Assembly (NCBI GenBank): GCA_965208675.1
Contig: OZ242351.1
Coordinates: 2,368,001-2,432,000 of the forward strand
Source: Candidatus Poribacteria bacterium
GTDB taxonomy: Bacteria > Poribacteria > WGA-4E > PCPOR2b
Direction of reading: 5' to 3'
DNA: 64,000 nucleotides
Shown: positions 9,766 to 20,198 of the stretch, in pieces
Layout: each line of letters starts with the position of its first letter
Position numbering within the stretch: position 1 is the stretch's first letter
The notes under the pieces: generated by a model
What the model saw: only the letters and a program-made list of their open reading frames with translations
What the model was told of the DNA's origin: nothing
Database searches by the model: none
Program-made: the position numbers and the translations under genes

Positions 9766-11229
9766 CTATTTCTGCGAATCTTGCACATCTTGTGAAAGTA
9801 TGGGTTTCATATCAATATCGATATTAGAAGTTGTTTCACCGGGCCGCACCTGAGTTTTGGCAGCTACGCGAGAGTAGGGAAATTTAGAAACAACAACCTC
9901 GAATTCACCGACGGGGACACTGTTCACGGTATAGTTGCCGGAATCATCTGAAGATGTTTCAAGTCCGAAAGAATAGCCATCTCTACGAATTTCGACTTTT
10001 GCACCGGCGATTGGCGTTTGATTCTCGGCGTCTCTGATTACCCCGGAAATCCTGCCATATGGAAACACATCTATCCAACCTGATTGTGCTTCTACAGCAA
10101 TCTCTGTATCGTCTGGCGCAAACAGGCGGAGGTTTTGTAAACGCACCGTGCTTCCGCCAGCTGCTACCGGTTTGAAGGTCACAACAACAAGCGGCCCAAT
10201 GTCTGTTTCGGCACCATCTTCTCCGGTCCGGCGGCTTGTGATGCCCGCGATGAGTCCATCCTCATTGTTTATCAATGGGGGGTTCCAAATTGTTGCCGCG
10301 CCGTCATGTTTCAAAAAAGACCCTTCTCCAATGTTGATTGCTTGTAGAATTGAGGGTTCGAAAGCCATGTCGAAACTGAATCCTTGAAGTTTTTCACCCG
10401 GCAGTCGAGCGGACACAGTTATGGGAACGGAGGCGGTATCAGGATTAGCTACGGTCTTTCCAACACTTACGTTTTTGACGAATGCACGGTTGATTCCTCC
10501 CATTAACGTTCTGATTTCTTTCTCGCTCAATGCGGTGTTGAAGACCGCTAATTCGTCGATTAATCCGTCAAAGGAGTACTTCAATCTCCCGCCGACATGT
10601 AAGTCCGCGATTCGTGGAGAAAATCGACTTGCGCCATTTGTTGATGCAACCTCTGAGCCGTTTCTGAAAATTTTCATGAAATTTCCCGGTATGCTGTACG
10701 TAAATGCCCAGTGTTCCCATTTACCGACGGAACCCAGAGGGCGATCCACTGTGACTTGATCCCAACCATACTGCCAGTGGATGGTGTCATAGAACGGGGC
10801 TTCGCTCCAGGGAAAGTGGATGGCGCAACGATCCATTAGCATCCCTGAAGCCGGACCAGTACTGTTAAGAGGAACTAGGCATACAAGGTCCTGGTTCTTA
10901 ACTTTTCCTAGCTTTATCCATGCCATAATGGTCACTTCCTCACTCGGAAGCGCCTCTCCAAATCGAGGTATTTCGACGACATCGCCAGTCCCGTTAAACT
11001 CCAACGCCGTGCCAAACTTTCCTGTAACCCATTGCGGCTCGCCAGTGAACTGCCCATTATGGCCGCGCCCCGATGTATCTGCAGTGACTTTGCCCTCGCC
11101 ATCATCGAATAGCCAGATTCCTACTGCTGTATCTAAATCGACGGAAGCGGCGTGAACATCCAGATAGATTAATCTACCTCCCAAGAGACCAACAAGTACA
11201 AGCGTAAGTAATACCGTTATTGCTTTCAT
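9766..11229 (-). CDS. Secreted LamG + cohesin-like + carboxypeptidase-regulatory-like domain protein
   Basis: GIWLFDDGEG...GKFGTALEF...FDGLIDE (LamG); LQGFSFDMAFEPSIL...EGSFLK (cohesin type); GRISGVIRDA...PIAGA (CarboxypepD_reg). Confidence 0.8.
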   Translation of the reverse strand: MKAITVLLTLVLVGLLGGRLIYLDVHAASVDLDTAVGIWLFDDGEGKVTADTSGRGHNGQFTGEPQWVTGKFGTALEFNGTGDVVEIPRFGEALPSEEVTIMAWIKLGKVKNQDLVCLVPLNSTGPASGMLMDRCAIHFPWSEAPFYDTIHWQYGWDQVTVDRPLGSVGKWEHWAFTYSIPGNFMKIFRNGSEVASTNGASRFSPRIADLHVGGRLKYSFDGLIDELAVFNTALSEKEIRTLMGGINRAFVKNVSVGKTVANPDTASVPITVSARLPGEKLQGFSFDMAFEPSILQAINIGEGSFLKHDGAATIWNPPLINNEDGLIAGITSRRTGEDGAETDIGPLVVVTFKPVAAGGSTVRLQNLRLFAPDDTEIAVEAQSGWIDVFPYGRISGVIRDAENQTPIAGAKVEIRRDGYSFGLETSSDDSGNYTVNSVPVGEFEVVVSKFPYSRVAAKTQVRPGETTSNIDIDMKPILSQDVQDSQK

Positions 11230-11297
11230 GAATTCCTCCAGTGTTGCCTAGCTAGCTGCTTCTGGTTGTTAAGAAATACCACAAGGCATCATTAACG

Positions 11298-14200
11298 CTA
11301 TTCGGCAAGGATAGTCTTGATATCCTCCATGAACACCGACTGATCCGTGAACCCTTTATATTGCTTAACAACTATTCCATCCCTATTGATTAGGAAAGTT
11401 GATGGGAGAGAAGCCAATCCGCCGAGTTGCGCCGCCGAATCTTCGCCCACCATTAGGTTCGGATAGGCAACTCCATGTTCTTCAACGAACGACTTGACGA
11501 CATCTTCCCCTTCTCGGTCAACCGAAACGCCTACAACTACAAGCCCTTCAGGTTCGTGTTGTTCTTGCAACGCGAGAAGCTCTGGAATCCCACGTACGCT
11601 TGGAGGGCACCATGTCGCCCAGAAGTTGAGAAGGACAACCTTTCCATTGAAATCAGAAAGCGCAATTCCCTCTCCATTAAGACTGTAAAACATAATTGAA
11701 GACACAGGATTGCCTACGATATTTGCTTGGCTTTTTTGCGCGGCTGCTTCGTAAAGGTCCCAAAGTCCCTTAAGCGCGGCATTTTTCTCCGTGGGAGAAG
11801 TGGCATGCTTGGCATCTGTTCGGAGCATTGAGACAACGTCAACGTCGATTTTTCCGAGTCGCTTATAATAGCCAGATAATAACAAGACCAAACCATGCCG
11901 CAATTGTCGATTCGTCGACGACTGAATCAGTTCCTTTACCTTTTCGGGCTCCCGATTTAACACGTACGCTTTCCCCAATATGGTTTTGTTTTTTGGACTT
12001 GCCTCGAGTTGTAGCGTAAGTTCCGCCAATTCAATCGCCTTTCCGGGTAGCGCCTGTTTTGCTAGTAGTTTGGATACGAGTTCGCCATACCCCCAATTGC
12101 GTCCACGCCAATCCTGCATTTTGTCAAGAAGTCCTTGCCGGCGCGCTACCCATTGGGCGTACGCAGCATCCGACTTATCGGGATTGCCGATTTCTTTGTA
12201 GGCGTCACCGAGTACCTCGTGCGGCGTTGGGCTGTCCGGTAACTCTGTTGCAAGCATTTCAAGCGTAGCAACCCCTTCCGTCGAGCGGCCTTGCGATTTG
12301 TAAACATTCCACAATAATGGGAGCAATGTTTGGCGTTCCCATTCATTCTCAACGGAACGCGATGCGATAAGCAATTCGGCGATAGCGGCGTCATATTCTC
12401 CGCTGCGTGTATGCAGGTCGATTAGCGCGCGTCGTCTATGCGCGCGATCGCGACCCGTATCAGCAAGCTCTATGAGCCGCTTGTACATATTTTTCGCCTT
12501 CTCAGGGCCAGCGGTAACGTAAAGATTTGCTAGAGGCGCCATAATTACTGTGCTATCGGGATTCAACTCGCTAGCGCGTTCGTAAGCGGAAATCGCTTCG
12601 TCGGGCATTTCGTTCCATTCATATGATTGCGCCAGTGCGAAATGCGTGTCGGGATCGTCTGGACTGTCCGCAACTGCTTGAGTCCGCTCTGCAATCAATT
12701 CGTCATACATATCTCCCTCTTTGTACGTCCGTTGAATTGATGCTTCGGCGACTTTTCGCTGGCCGTCATCTTGGGCAACGTTCGCCATCTGTTGATAAGC
12801 ATGGACGGCTTCTTTGAAACGCTTTGCGCCAACGTAGCTTCTCCCGAGCATATCGTACAAACGCTCCTTATCCCAAGGGCTGTGCCATCTTATCGCCGCA
12901 ATTGCGTCTTCGACGAGTTTGATTGCTTCATCGTACATCTCACCATCAAGACAGATAGACCCCACTGCAGCGAGGAACCACATGTCCTGATTGCGGTTAC
13001 TAGCCGAAAGGGCAATCTCGCCTTGATTAAGGAGGTCTTTCGCCAATTGAGGCTGATCACTCTTGTTGTAAGCGGCGGCGGCGTAATAATGACTGCGGAC
13101 GTTGCCGGGTTGTATTTCGCATAGGGTTTGATACATTTCAGCAGCCTGCTTGAAGTCGTTTTTGTTTCGATGAATTTCAGCGAGCATTTCGACTACAGCC
13201 GGGTTATCCGCTTCTGTTTCCATTCTCTTCTCAAAGCGGTTCATCAATTGCTCGAGCTTCCCTTGACTCGTATAAGCACGAATTAGCGTCTCGCGTGCTT
13301 CATCTCCACCAAATTGGATTTTGAAACCGGAGGAACTGTGACTGATTGACATACCTCCCATTGCGCTGGAACGAGACAGCGTTTCGTAGAGTTCTAACGC
13401 TTGGTCATGCTCTTCGAGCTGCACATAAACCTGCACGAGTTCGCTGGATACCTGATTCCGCTCCCAGCTTTGGGATGTCATATCGAGCGCTTTCTTTAGT
13501 GCACCGACAGCTTCTTCCAATTTGCCATCCTGCCGAAAACGTCGAGCGCGCTCTTGTTGCATCTCGAACGTAAGCGTGCCTTCCTCTTCCGCTTTTTGAA
13601 GCATCTCATCTAACTTGCCCTGACGCCGGTAAACGCCCATTATCTGCCGTTCAATATCGCGTCGTTCCCATTCTCGCCCAGTGTATTGAATGGCATCTTC
13701 AAACGCCTTTTCGGCAGAATCCAGGTCATTTTTGCGGAGATAAAGTTGCGCCAATTCACGGTAGGCCTGTCCATCGCCCGGTCCAAATTCAATCGCTTGC
13801 TTGAAGGCTTCGATGGCGTCGTCAATGCTATTTTCAGCCGCATAGACTCGTGCGAGGCGGATATAGTGGACACCGCTATCCGCCTCGCCTTCAATGTATT
13901 TCTGAGCAAGGTCAAGCGCTTCCGGCAGCCTGCCTGCCTCACGCAAAGAGTTGACAATGCCGTCCTGATATTTGGTGTTTTCCGGGTCGGCCGCGAGCAA
14001 TGCTTGCCAAGTGCTAATTGCCATTTCGTGTTTTTTTTGGCGTGAATAGATTGTAGCGAGTTGCGCACGCGATTCTAGGTCTTCCGGCATGACTTCAGAA
14101 ATTTTTTCATATATTTCCACCGCTTTTGTGAGTTCGTTCTGATGCATGTACTGTTGCGCCAACATCCGCTGCATGCCGAGATTTGTCCCTGCCATCTCTT

Positions 14201-17200
14201 CCAACTTTTCAGGAAGCCGCGTCGTAGTCTGGAGTCCGCCTTTACGGGATTTAACCTCCATCAATCGTTGCTGCGCTTGCTCTCTTGCCCATTGATCTGC
14301 GGACAAATCGTTCACAACTTCAGTGTACGTGGCTTCCGCGTCCTCCCACATTTCGTGTTGCATGTAAACCGAGGCAATTTCCTGTTTCTGCCAGTAACCT
14401 CCGCCGCTGCCGCCAAACATCATCAGGCGAACCATCCCCATCTTTCGGAATGCGTCCTGTGCGTGCTCTTTCTCACCATTGTGGGCGTAGGCTGCGCCGA
14501 GTTTTTGGAAAATTTCCGATAGCTCCCACGTGTTCTGCGAATCAAGATTCTCGGCGGCGGATTTTAGCAGACGAAGTTCACGGGTGCGGTCGCCCGCGCC
14601 ACGATAAGCATCTGCCAAACTACCAATACGCTGTGCGTCCACTGACACAACCTCATCGTCAAGAAGTTGCGCAACAAGCGGGTCCGACCCGTCAAGGTCG
14701 TGCGCCGCAATTTTCATTGACGCAACCAAATAGAGCAGCGACGGGTCACTCGGCTTCTCAGCGAGTTTAGCTTCATATTCCTCTAACAAACTCTGTATGT
14801 TGCCGGATGCCTTGTAGAGTTCAGTAAGTTTGGATACAATTCCCACTTGTTGATAGGAATTCTGCGAAATTTTAGTCGAATCAGTTCTTAATTTTTCTCG
14901 CAAAAAATCAATAGCTTTCTCTCGTTCGCCAGCAGCCGCATAGGCAGATGCTAGGTTAGTATAGGTGCCATGTTCATCCGGCAGAATCTCATACATCTTC
15001 TCGTAAATTTGAACGGCGGCTTGGGCATGGTTATTCTGGAGACACTGCTCGGCCACGTTTTGGGCAAAATAGTTAACGTGAGTACCTCCTACAGATGGCG
15101 CAATCATATCTTTTGCCATCGAAACCAATTCATCGACTTTACCCGCTTGGAAGAAGGTTTCCACCATCTCCCAGTAGTCGTAGCCGAGTGCATTTGGATT
15201 ATGTTTTAGAAGTGCCGTGTATTGAGTCACAGCATCTGCCGCGTGTCCGCTCCGCTGTAACATCTGGGCGTACCGCTGACGGGTCATACTGTCTTTTGGA
15301 CGAAGCGCGAGCGCCGCATCGAATGCCGCCGAGGCCTTCTTGACCTGATTTGTGCTTTCGTAATATGACGCCAACCGCACCTGCGCTTGGAATGAATCCG
15401 GATTCTTTTCAGCGGCTTCGACCAATTGCGGTTCCTGCTTGCGAACCGTTCTGGATCGACTCACCAGATGCGCCGCCTGTTGGAAACTCCACGAGTGCAA
15501 GGTATGACCATAGCGGTCGCGTTGGTTAGCGAACCGCAGCGCGCGTTCAGCCATGAGCGTGGCATCCTGTCCCCGACCGAGGTCCTCTAAATGCGAACTC
15601 AATTCCATCAAGAAATTTGGGTCGCGTTGACCCATCGCCAACGTCATCACTTTCTTGGCAACAACGATGGCGTATTGGGTTAAGCCGGTCTGCTGCAGTT
15701 TCTGGGAAAACTTGTAAAGTTCGCGGACCCCCACCGGTGAATTTAACACCTTCGTCATCAGCTCCCGTACTTTGACGGTGTTGCCGGTATGAGCGGCAAG
15801 CTGAAGCGACAGGTCATAGTATTGACGGCGATTTCGCGGATCGGCCCCGGCGAGCGCATCAAGTAATTCTAAAGCGGTCGCATGCTGTCCAGTTTGAATT
15901 GAGGCAAATACCGTGTTTATCTTAAGCGTGAGGTCTTCCGGAAACTCCTTTTGTAACGCTGAGAGAAATTCCTGAGATTTGTCCCGGTTCCCACCCCACC
16001 AATAGCAGTAGCTCAATGCCAAACCGGGAAAGACGCGGTCCCCTCCTTTAGCGGCATCCAGTTTGCTCTGGAGGTTTGCGAAAAACATTTCCTGTTGATC
16101 CCTCATCCAAAATTCGCTGAAGATCTGTTGGAGATACTGCAATCGGGTCTGATCGTAGTAAGTCGTCGGCGATGGGTAGCTGGACTGAATGGGTGTGTAA
16201 CCACTGTAGGATTGGGACGAATATGCAAGTGTCACAACTTTTCGGGCATTCGTGACGTTCGGCTTGGTTCTGTCAAAAAATCTCCAGAAGAGTTCAATAC
16301 CTTTGTCTGTATCTCCTTCGCGGACATAAGCGTTGGCGAGTGACTGATAAATGCGAACATACCGCCACCACTGTTGCTGTGCGAACGATTGCCCGAACAC
16401 CATCTGGGAAGGTGCGGACGGTGCGGGCGACGCAGGGATTTGAAGTTGGGCGAGGAGATTCTCGGCCGCTTCAACTCTTCCCAGTCGCGCAAACATGGAG
16501 ACGAGCTCCGAACCGGTATTTACATCGGTCACGTTTGCCGTCTCAAGAGTGTCCGCCACCCGTTCAGCCTCCGCCTTTCGCCCTTGATTATAGAGCATAC
16601 CAACGAATGTTGCAGTGAACCAAAGCCGCGCATCGTGCGACAATCCTTTTATTTCATCAAGACGTTTCTTGTAGTTTTCAGGTTTGGAGTCTTGCTGAAT
16701 AGAATGATACAATCGCAACGCTTGGTACACCTGGTCATTAGGTGACGCACCTATCAGCCGTTCAGTAACCTCGACTACCTTGTCAGTATCCTTAGTCAAT
16801 GTGTAGAGTTGCGCTAACATTTCCAAGGTCTGAATGTCCTTCGGATTTGCCTGCGCGTCCGCTTCAAATTGCTGGATTAGTTCGTCCAGTTTGCCCTGCT
16901 GTTGTGCAATTGTTGTCAACTGAACCAATGCCCCGGCTTGGGCTTCTTCAAAACTGTTGGGCAACCACTTTTGTCCGCTGTGACCTCCATATGCCTGGTC
17001 CCGTATCCGCCAAACTAGTTCTTCAACACGGCTAAATCTGCGGAGGTTGATTCCGGGAGGCCCGTACCTGTGGGCAGTCGAACGCGCTTTAGCAGTCTGA
17101 GTTACGTTTGCTTGAGGTTTCGGCATCTTCAGAAGCCGCAGGAAGTGCGGTCGCGCCCGGTCTAATTCATTCATTTCAACCAAAGCCGATCCGACTTGGT

Positions 17201-19970
17201 AAATTGCTTTTGCGTCCTTCACCTTTTCGCCCGCTCGGTCGAGAGCCACAAGTGCTTCCTCAAGAAGACCGTGCCGAATCAACAACGCCGCCAGTTTCAT
17301 TTCTGCTTCAAGCGTTTGATTTCGAGCGTGCAGCAGCTTGGTCCACACCTGAATCGCCTCCTGCTCCCGACCTAGATCGAACAACAGTTCCCCCAGACGC
17401 TGCTGGTGGAATGGATCGGGTTGCACTTTGACCAGACGCTGCAGATACGTCAGTGCATCCTGTGTATCGCCTAGACTGCGGTTAATTTCGACCAGTTGCT
17501 CCAGAAGATTCGGATTCTCGCGCTCCCGGTCTAAACCCTGCGCCAATTGGAATCGTGCACTCAGTAGGTCGCCTTCCATCTGATAGACCTCCGCTAACGC
17601 CAAGGCAGGGGCAATGTTGGACGAATTCGCTTTTGACATCTGCTTTAGCTTGTCTTCAAACTCCTCGCTCCGTCCCAAGTCATAATACGTATCGGAGAGT
17701 GGTTTTACGAAGGTGAGCTTGTCACTCACACCGTCGCTCAACTCCCAGCACCGCCAATATTGTTCGATTGCCTGTCTAGGATTGCCTGAAAGTTTGTAGA
17801 TTTCCGCCAGCTCCTCGCGAATGTCGGTTGCTTCCGGACGAAGGCGTATTGCTTGTTTGAGACTGTCGAAGGAGGTTTCATAATTCCCAATCTGTTTGGC
17901 GATTTCCGCCAACATTTGATGTCCTTCGGGGTTGCGCGGACTATGTGCAACCGCTTGCTTCGCCGCTGCTGTCGCCGCATCAAATTCCATCGCGTCGAGA
18001 TAGGATTTCGCAATCTTTGCATAGTGTTCCCGGGCGTTTACACTGTCGATCTCAACGAGGCGTTTGTAAACTGAAACCGCTTCATCTCGGAGGCCCTGCT
18101 GGATATAGATTTCGGAAAGCCACCGGTTGACCTGCACATCATCTGGCTTGATGTCATGCGCCTGAATCAGAGATTCCAGTGCATTCGTTACGTTCCCTAG
18201 TTTAACGTACATCTTGGCAAGCTGTTTCTGCTGGTCGAAAGATTCGGGTTCGGCTTCCAACTCGTCAATTTTCCCCGCAAGCGTACCCTGCAGACGATAA
18301 ATTTCAATTTGTTGCCCACCCATCTGCTCTGCAAAAAATTCGTTGGGTGCAAGTTTTGACGCTTCTGCGTATTCTGTTAATGCCTCTTCGTACGCCTTGT
18401 TTTCCATCAACCGCCGCGCCAACGCCTCACGGTATCGGTATTCTCCGGGCGCGAGTTCCACCGACTTGCGGCTCGCATTCATCGCTTCGGATTGAAATTC
18501 CTTCGCATCGAGTAACTGCGCAAGCCTATCAAAATTCTCAGCGATTGCCCGGTCTCCGGCAACCATCCGATTCCAGGTTTCTACAGCCTTCTCACGGGTT
18601 CCCTGACGGAAGTAGAATTCACCAAAATATTCAATGTAATCGAGACTCTCCCGTGCAAGTGCAATCGCCTTTTCATATGCTGCGACCGCATCGTCTAGCC
18701 ATTCGTGTCCGGCGTAAATCTCCGCGAGAATAAGGTGCGTCCCTGCGTTCGTCGGATCGCGGTCAATCATCCGCTGATACGCACCCTTCGCCCGCACTTC
18801 GTCTTCAAGCTGCAAATACAACTCTCCAAGTTCGCGGTAAATTCCAAAATCGTCAGGCTGTTCTTCACTGAGGATTTCATACTCCGCCGCCGCGTCCTCC
18901 AATCTCTGCGCGGCGCGAAATGCAGCGATGAGATTTAAGCGTAAACCGGCATCCGTCGGGGCGAGATCCAACGCCTTTCGATATGAGGCAATTCCGTCGT
19001 CAAGTTGTTGGTTCTCAATATACGCCGAAGCCAGTAGGCCGATGAGTTCGGGGGCATTCGGCGTCACTTTGAGTTTGTCTTGATAATACGCGATTAATCC
19101 TTCCCAATCCCCGTCGGCGGCGTAGATGCCGATGATACGATGCTGAATGTCTTTCCGCAGCCAATTCCCCTGTCCTGTCAATGCAAGCGCAGCGTCATAG
19201 CTTTGGATGGCACTAGCATAATCCCCCTTCTCTTCCTGTATCTTCCCAATTTCACGGCGACTCAAACACACTCGGTAAGGGTCATCTGATTTGAGCTGAA
19301 TTATTGCTTCGTGTTGTTCAATGGCTTGCTCATAGAGTTCTTGTTCGCGGAACAGGTCGGCGAGTTCGATGCGGGCGAATATGTTCTCCGGTTCAAGTTC
19401 AGAGATTTGCCCCCACGCCAAAATCGCGTCGTCCACACGGTCTCTGCTGAAATAGGCGCGTCCAAGGGTTTTATAGAGTGCAGTCAGGTCATCTAGCGTA
19501 GCCGACTTGGTTGCAATTGCGTAGTCAGCCGATTGCGTCAATGCGGCAATTGCCTTCTCGTATTGGCGCAGCGCGGCATACGTTTGTCCAAGTGCAAAGT
19601 GGGGATAGTAGTTGTTCGGGGCAAGTTCAACAGCGCGTTGATACGCTGAAACGGACTCATTGTCCTTACCGAGCCGTTTGTAGATGTGTCCTAGAATCAA
19701 CTGAAGGTTGGGATTGTTCGGGTTGGCTAGTGATGCTGTTTGATAATCGGCGACCATGGCGTCCAAGCCGGCGTCTTCGAGGTAGAATTGGTACAAGCGG
19801 TCGAAGGTGCTTCCCGCTTTCGGCTTACGCTCAAGCATCTGCTTGTAGCGGGCAATGACTTTATCGTCGTTAGTCTCATCTTGGGCAATGGTGCGTGATG
19901 AGGGAAACAAGGCGCAGCAAACGAAATACAATATGCACGGGACACTACGGCAAAATCTTGGGACAAACAT
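11298..19970 (-). CDS. Giant secreted TPR-repeat protein (2890 aa) with C-terminal TlpA/ResA-type thioredoxin domain (CPPS)
   Basis: Signal peptide, dozens of TPR-like repeats, GKVVLLNFWATWCPPS...SLPSTFLINRDG. Confidence 0.9.
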   Translation of the reverse strand: MFVPRFCRSVPCILYFVCCALFPSSRTIAQDETNDDKVIARYKQMLERKPKAGSTFDRLYQFYLEDAGLDAMVADYQTASLANPNNPNLQLILGHIYKRLGKDNESVSAYQRAVELAPNNYYPHFALGQTYAALRQYEKAIAALTQSADYAIATKSATLDDLTALYKTLGRAYFSRDRVDDAILAWGQISELEPENIFARIELADLFREQELYEQAIEQHEAIIQLKSDDPYRVCLSRREIGKIQEEKGDYASAIQSYDAALALTGQGNWLRKDIQHRIIGIYAADGDWEGLIAYYQDKLKVTPNAPELIGLLASAYIENQQLDDGIASYRKALDLAPTDAGLRLNLIAAFRAAQRLEDAAAEYEILSEEQPDDFGIYRELGELYLQLEDEVRAKGAYQRMIDRDPTNAGTHLILAEIYAGHEWLDDAVAAYEKAIALARESLDYIEYFGEFYFRQGTREKAVETWNRMVAGDRAIAENFDRLAQLLDAKEFQSEAMNASRKSVELAPGEYRYREALARRLMENKAYEEALTEYAEASKLAPNEFFAEQMGGQQIEIYRLQGTLAGKIDELEAEPESFDQQKQLAKMYVKLGNVTNALESLIQAHDIKPDDVQVNRWLSEIYIQQGLRDEAVSVYKRLVEIDSVNAREHYAKIAKSYLDAMEFDAATAAAKQAVAHSPRNPEGHQMLAEIAKQIGNYETSFDSLKQAIRLRPEATDIREELAEIYKLSGNPRQAIEQYWRCWELSDGVSDKLTFVKPLSDTYYDLGRSEEFEDKLKQMSKANSSNIAPALALAEVYQMEGDLLSARFQLAQGLDRERENPNLLEQLVEINRSLGDTQDALTYLQRLVKVQPDPFHQQRLGELLFDLGREQEAIQVWTKLLHARNQTLEAEMKLAALLIRHGLLEEALVALDRAGEKVKDAKAIYQVGSALVEMNELDRARPHFLRLLKMPKPQANVTQTAKARSTAHRYGPPGINLRRFSRVEELVWRIRDQAYGGHSGQKWLPNSFEEAQAGALVQLTTIAQQQGKLDELIQQFEADAQANPKDIQTLEMLAQLYTLTKDTDKVVEVTERLIGASPNDQVYQALRLYHSIQQDSKPENYKKRLDEIKGLSHDARLWFTATFVGMLYNQGRKAEAERVADTLETANVTDVNTGSELVSMFARLGRVEAAENLLAQLQIPASPAPSAPSQMVFGQSFAQQQWWRYVRIYQSLANAYVREGDTDKGIELFWRFFDRTKPNVTNARKVVTLAYSSQSYSGYTPIQSSYPSPTTYYDQTRLQYLQQIFSEFWMRDQQEMFFANLQSKLDAAKGGDRVFPGLALSYCYWWGGNRDKSQEFLSALQKEFPEDLTLKINTVFASIQTGQHATALELLDALAGADPRNRRQYYDLSLQLAAHTGNTVKVRELMTKVLNSPVGVRELYKFSQKLQQTGLTQYAIVVAKKVMTLAMGQRDPNFLMELSSHLEDLGRGQDATLMAERALRFANQRDRYGHTLHSWSFQQAAHLVSRSRTVRKQEPQLVEAAEKNPDSFQAQVRLASYYESTNQVKKASAAFDAALALRPKDSMTRQRYAQMLQRSGHAADAVTQYTALLKHNPNALGYDYWEMVETFFQAGKVDELVSMAKDMIAPSVGGTHVNYFAQNVAEQCLQNNHAQAAVQIYEKMYEILPDEHGTYTNLASAYAAAGEREKAIDFLREKLRTDSTKISQNSYQQVGIVSKLTELYKASGNIQSLLEEYEAKLAEKPSDPSLLYLVASMKIAAHDLDGSDPLVAQLLDDEVVSVDAQRIGSLADAYRGAGDRTRELRLLKSAAENLDSQNTWELSEIFQKLGAAYAHNGEKEHAQDAFRKMGMVRLMMFGGSGGGYWQKQEIASVYMQHEMWEDAEATYTEVVNDLSADQWAREQAQQRLMEVKSRKGGLQTTTRLPEKLEEMAGTNLGMQRMLAQQYMHQNELTKAVEIYEKISEVMPEDLESRAQLATIYSRQKKHEMAISTWQALLAADPENTKYQDGIVNSLREAGRLPEALDLAQKYIEGEADSGVHYIRLARVYAAENSIDDAIEAFKQAIEFGPGDGQAYRELAQLYLRKNDLDSAEKAFEDAIQYTGREWERRDIERQIMGVYRRQGKLDEMLQKAEEEGTLTFEMQQERARRFRQDGKLEEAVGALKKALDMTSQSWERNQVSSELVQVYVQLEEHDQALELYETLSRSSAMGGMSISHSSSGFKIQFGGDEARETLIRAYTSQGKLEQLMNRFEKRMETEADNPAVVEMLAEIHRNKNDFKQAAEMYQTLCEIQPGNVRSHYYAAAAYNKSDQPQLAKDLLNQGEIALSASNRNQDMWFLAAVGSICLDGEMYDEAIKLVEDAIAAIRWHSPWDKERLYDMLGRSYVGAKRFKEAVHAYQQMANVAQDDGQRKVAEASIQRTYKEGDMYDELIAERTQAVADSPDDPDTHFALAQSYEWNEMPDEAISAYERASELNPDSTVIMAPLANLYVTAGPEKAKNMYKRLIELADTGRDRAHRRRALIDLHTRSGEYDAAIAELLIASRSVENEWERQTLLPLLWNVYKSQGRSTEGVATLEMLATELPDSPTPHEVLGDAYKEIGNPDKSDAAYAQWVARRQGLLDKMQDWRGRNWGYGELVSKLLAKQALPGKAIELAELTLQLEASPKNKTILGKAYVLNREPEKVKELIQSSTNRQLRHGLVLLLSGYYKRLGKIDVDVVSMLRTDAKHATSPTEKNAALKGLWDLYEAAAQKSQANIVGNPVSSIMFYSLNGEGIALSDFNGKVVLLNFWATWCPPSVRGIPELLALQEQHEPEGLVVVGVSVDREGEDVVKSFVEEHGVAYPNLMVGEDSAAQLGGLASLPSTFLINRDGIVVKQYKGFTDQSVFMEDIKTILAE

Positions 19971-20198
19971 GAAGAATCCTCCTTGAGAGCGTGGACACGG
20001 TTGGAAGACGGCACAAAACGTCCTAAAGTGTTTAGACGTGAAATGAGAAAGTTGCGTTTAATTGGCTAAGTTGTTTCCCAAACGTCAAACCCTCAAACAT
20101 AGCCGCCGTGTGTGATGCGCTCGACCGAAAAAGTGTGGCTTGTCTCTTTCGCAGAATTCCGCGTAGACTGTTGCCAAATTGATTCGGTGGATATGGAA

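Noticed and set aside
11595-11615. Selenocysteine in the thioredoxin motif
   Set aside because: The codons read TGC CCT CCA AGC (CPPS); there is no TGA.
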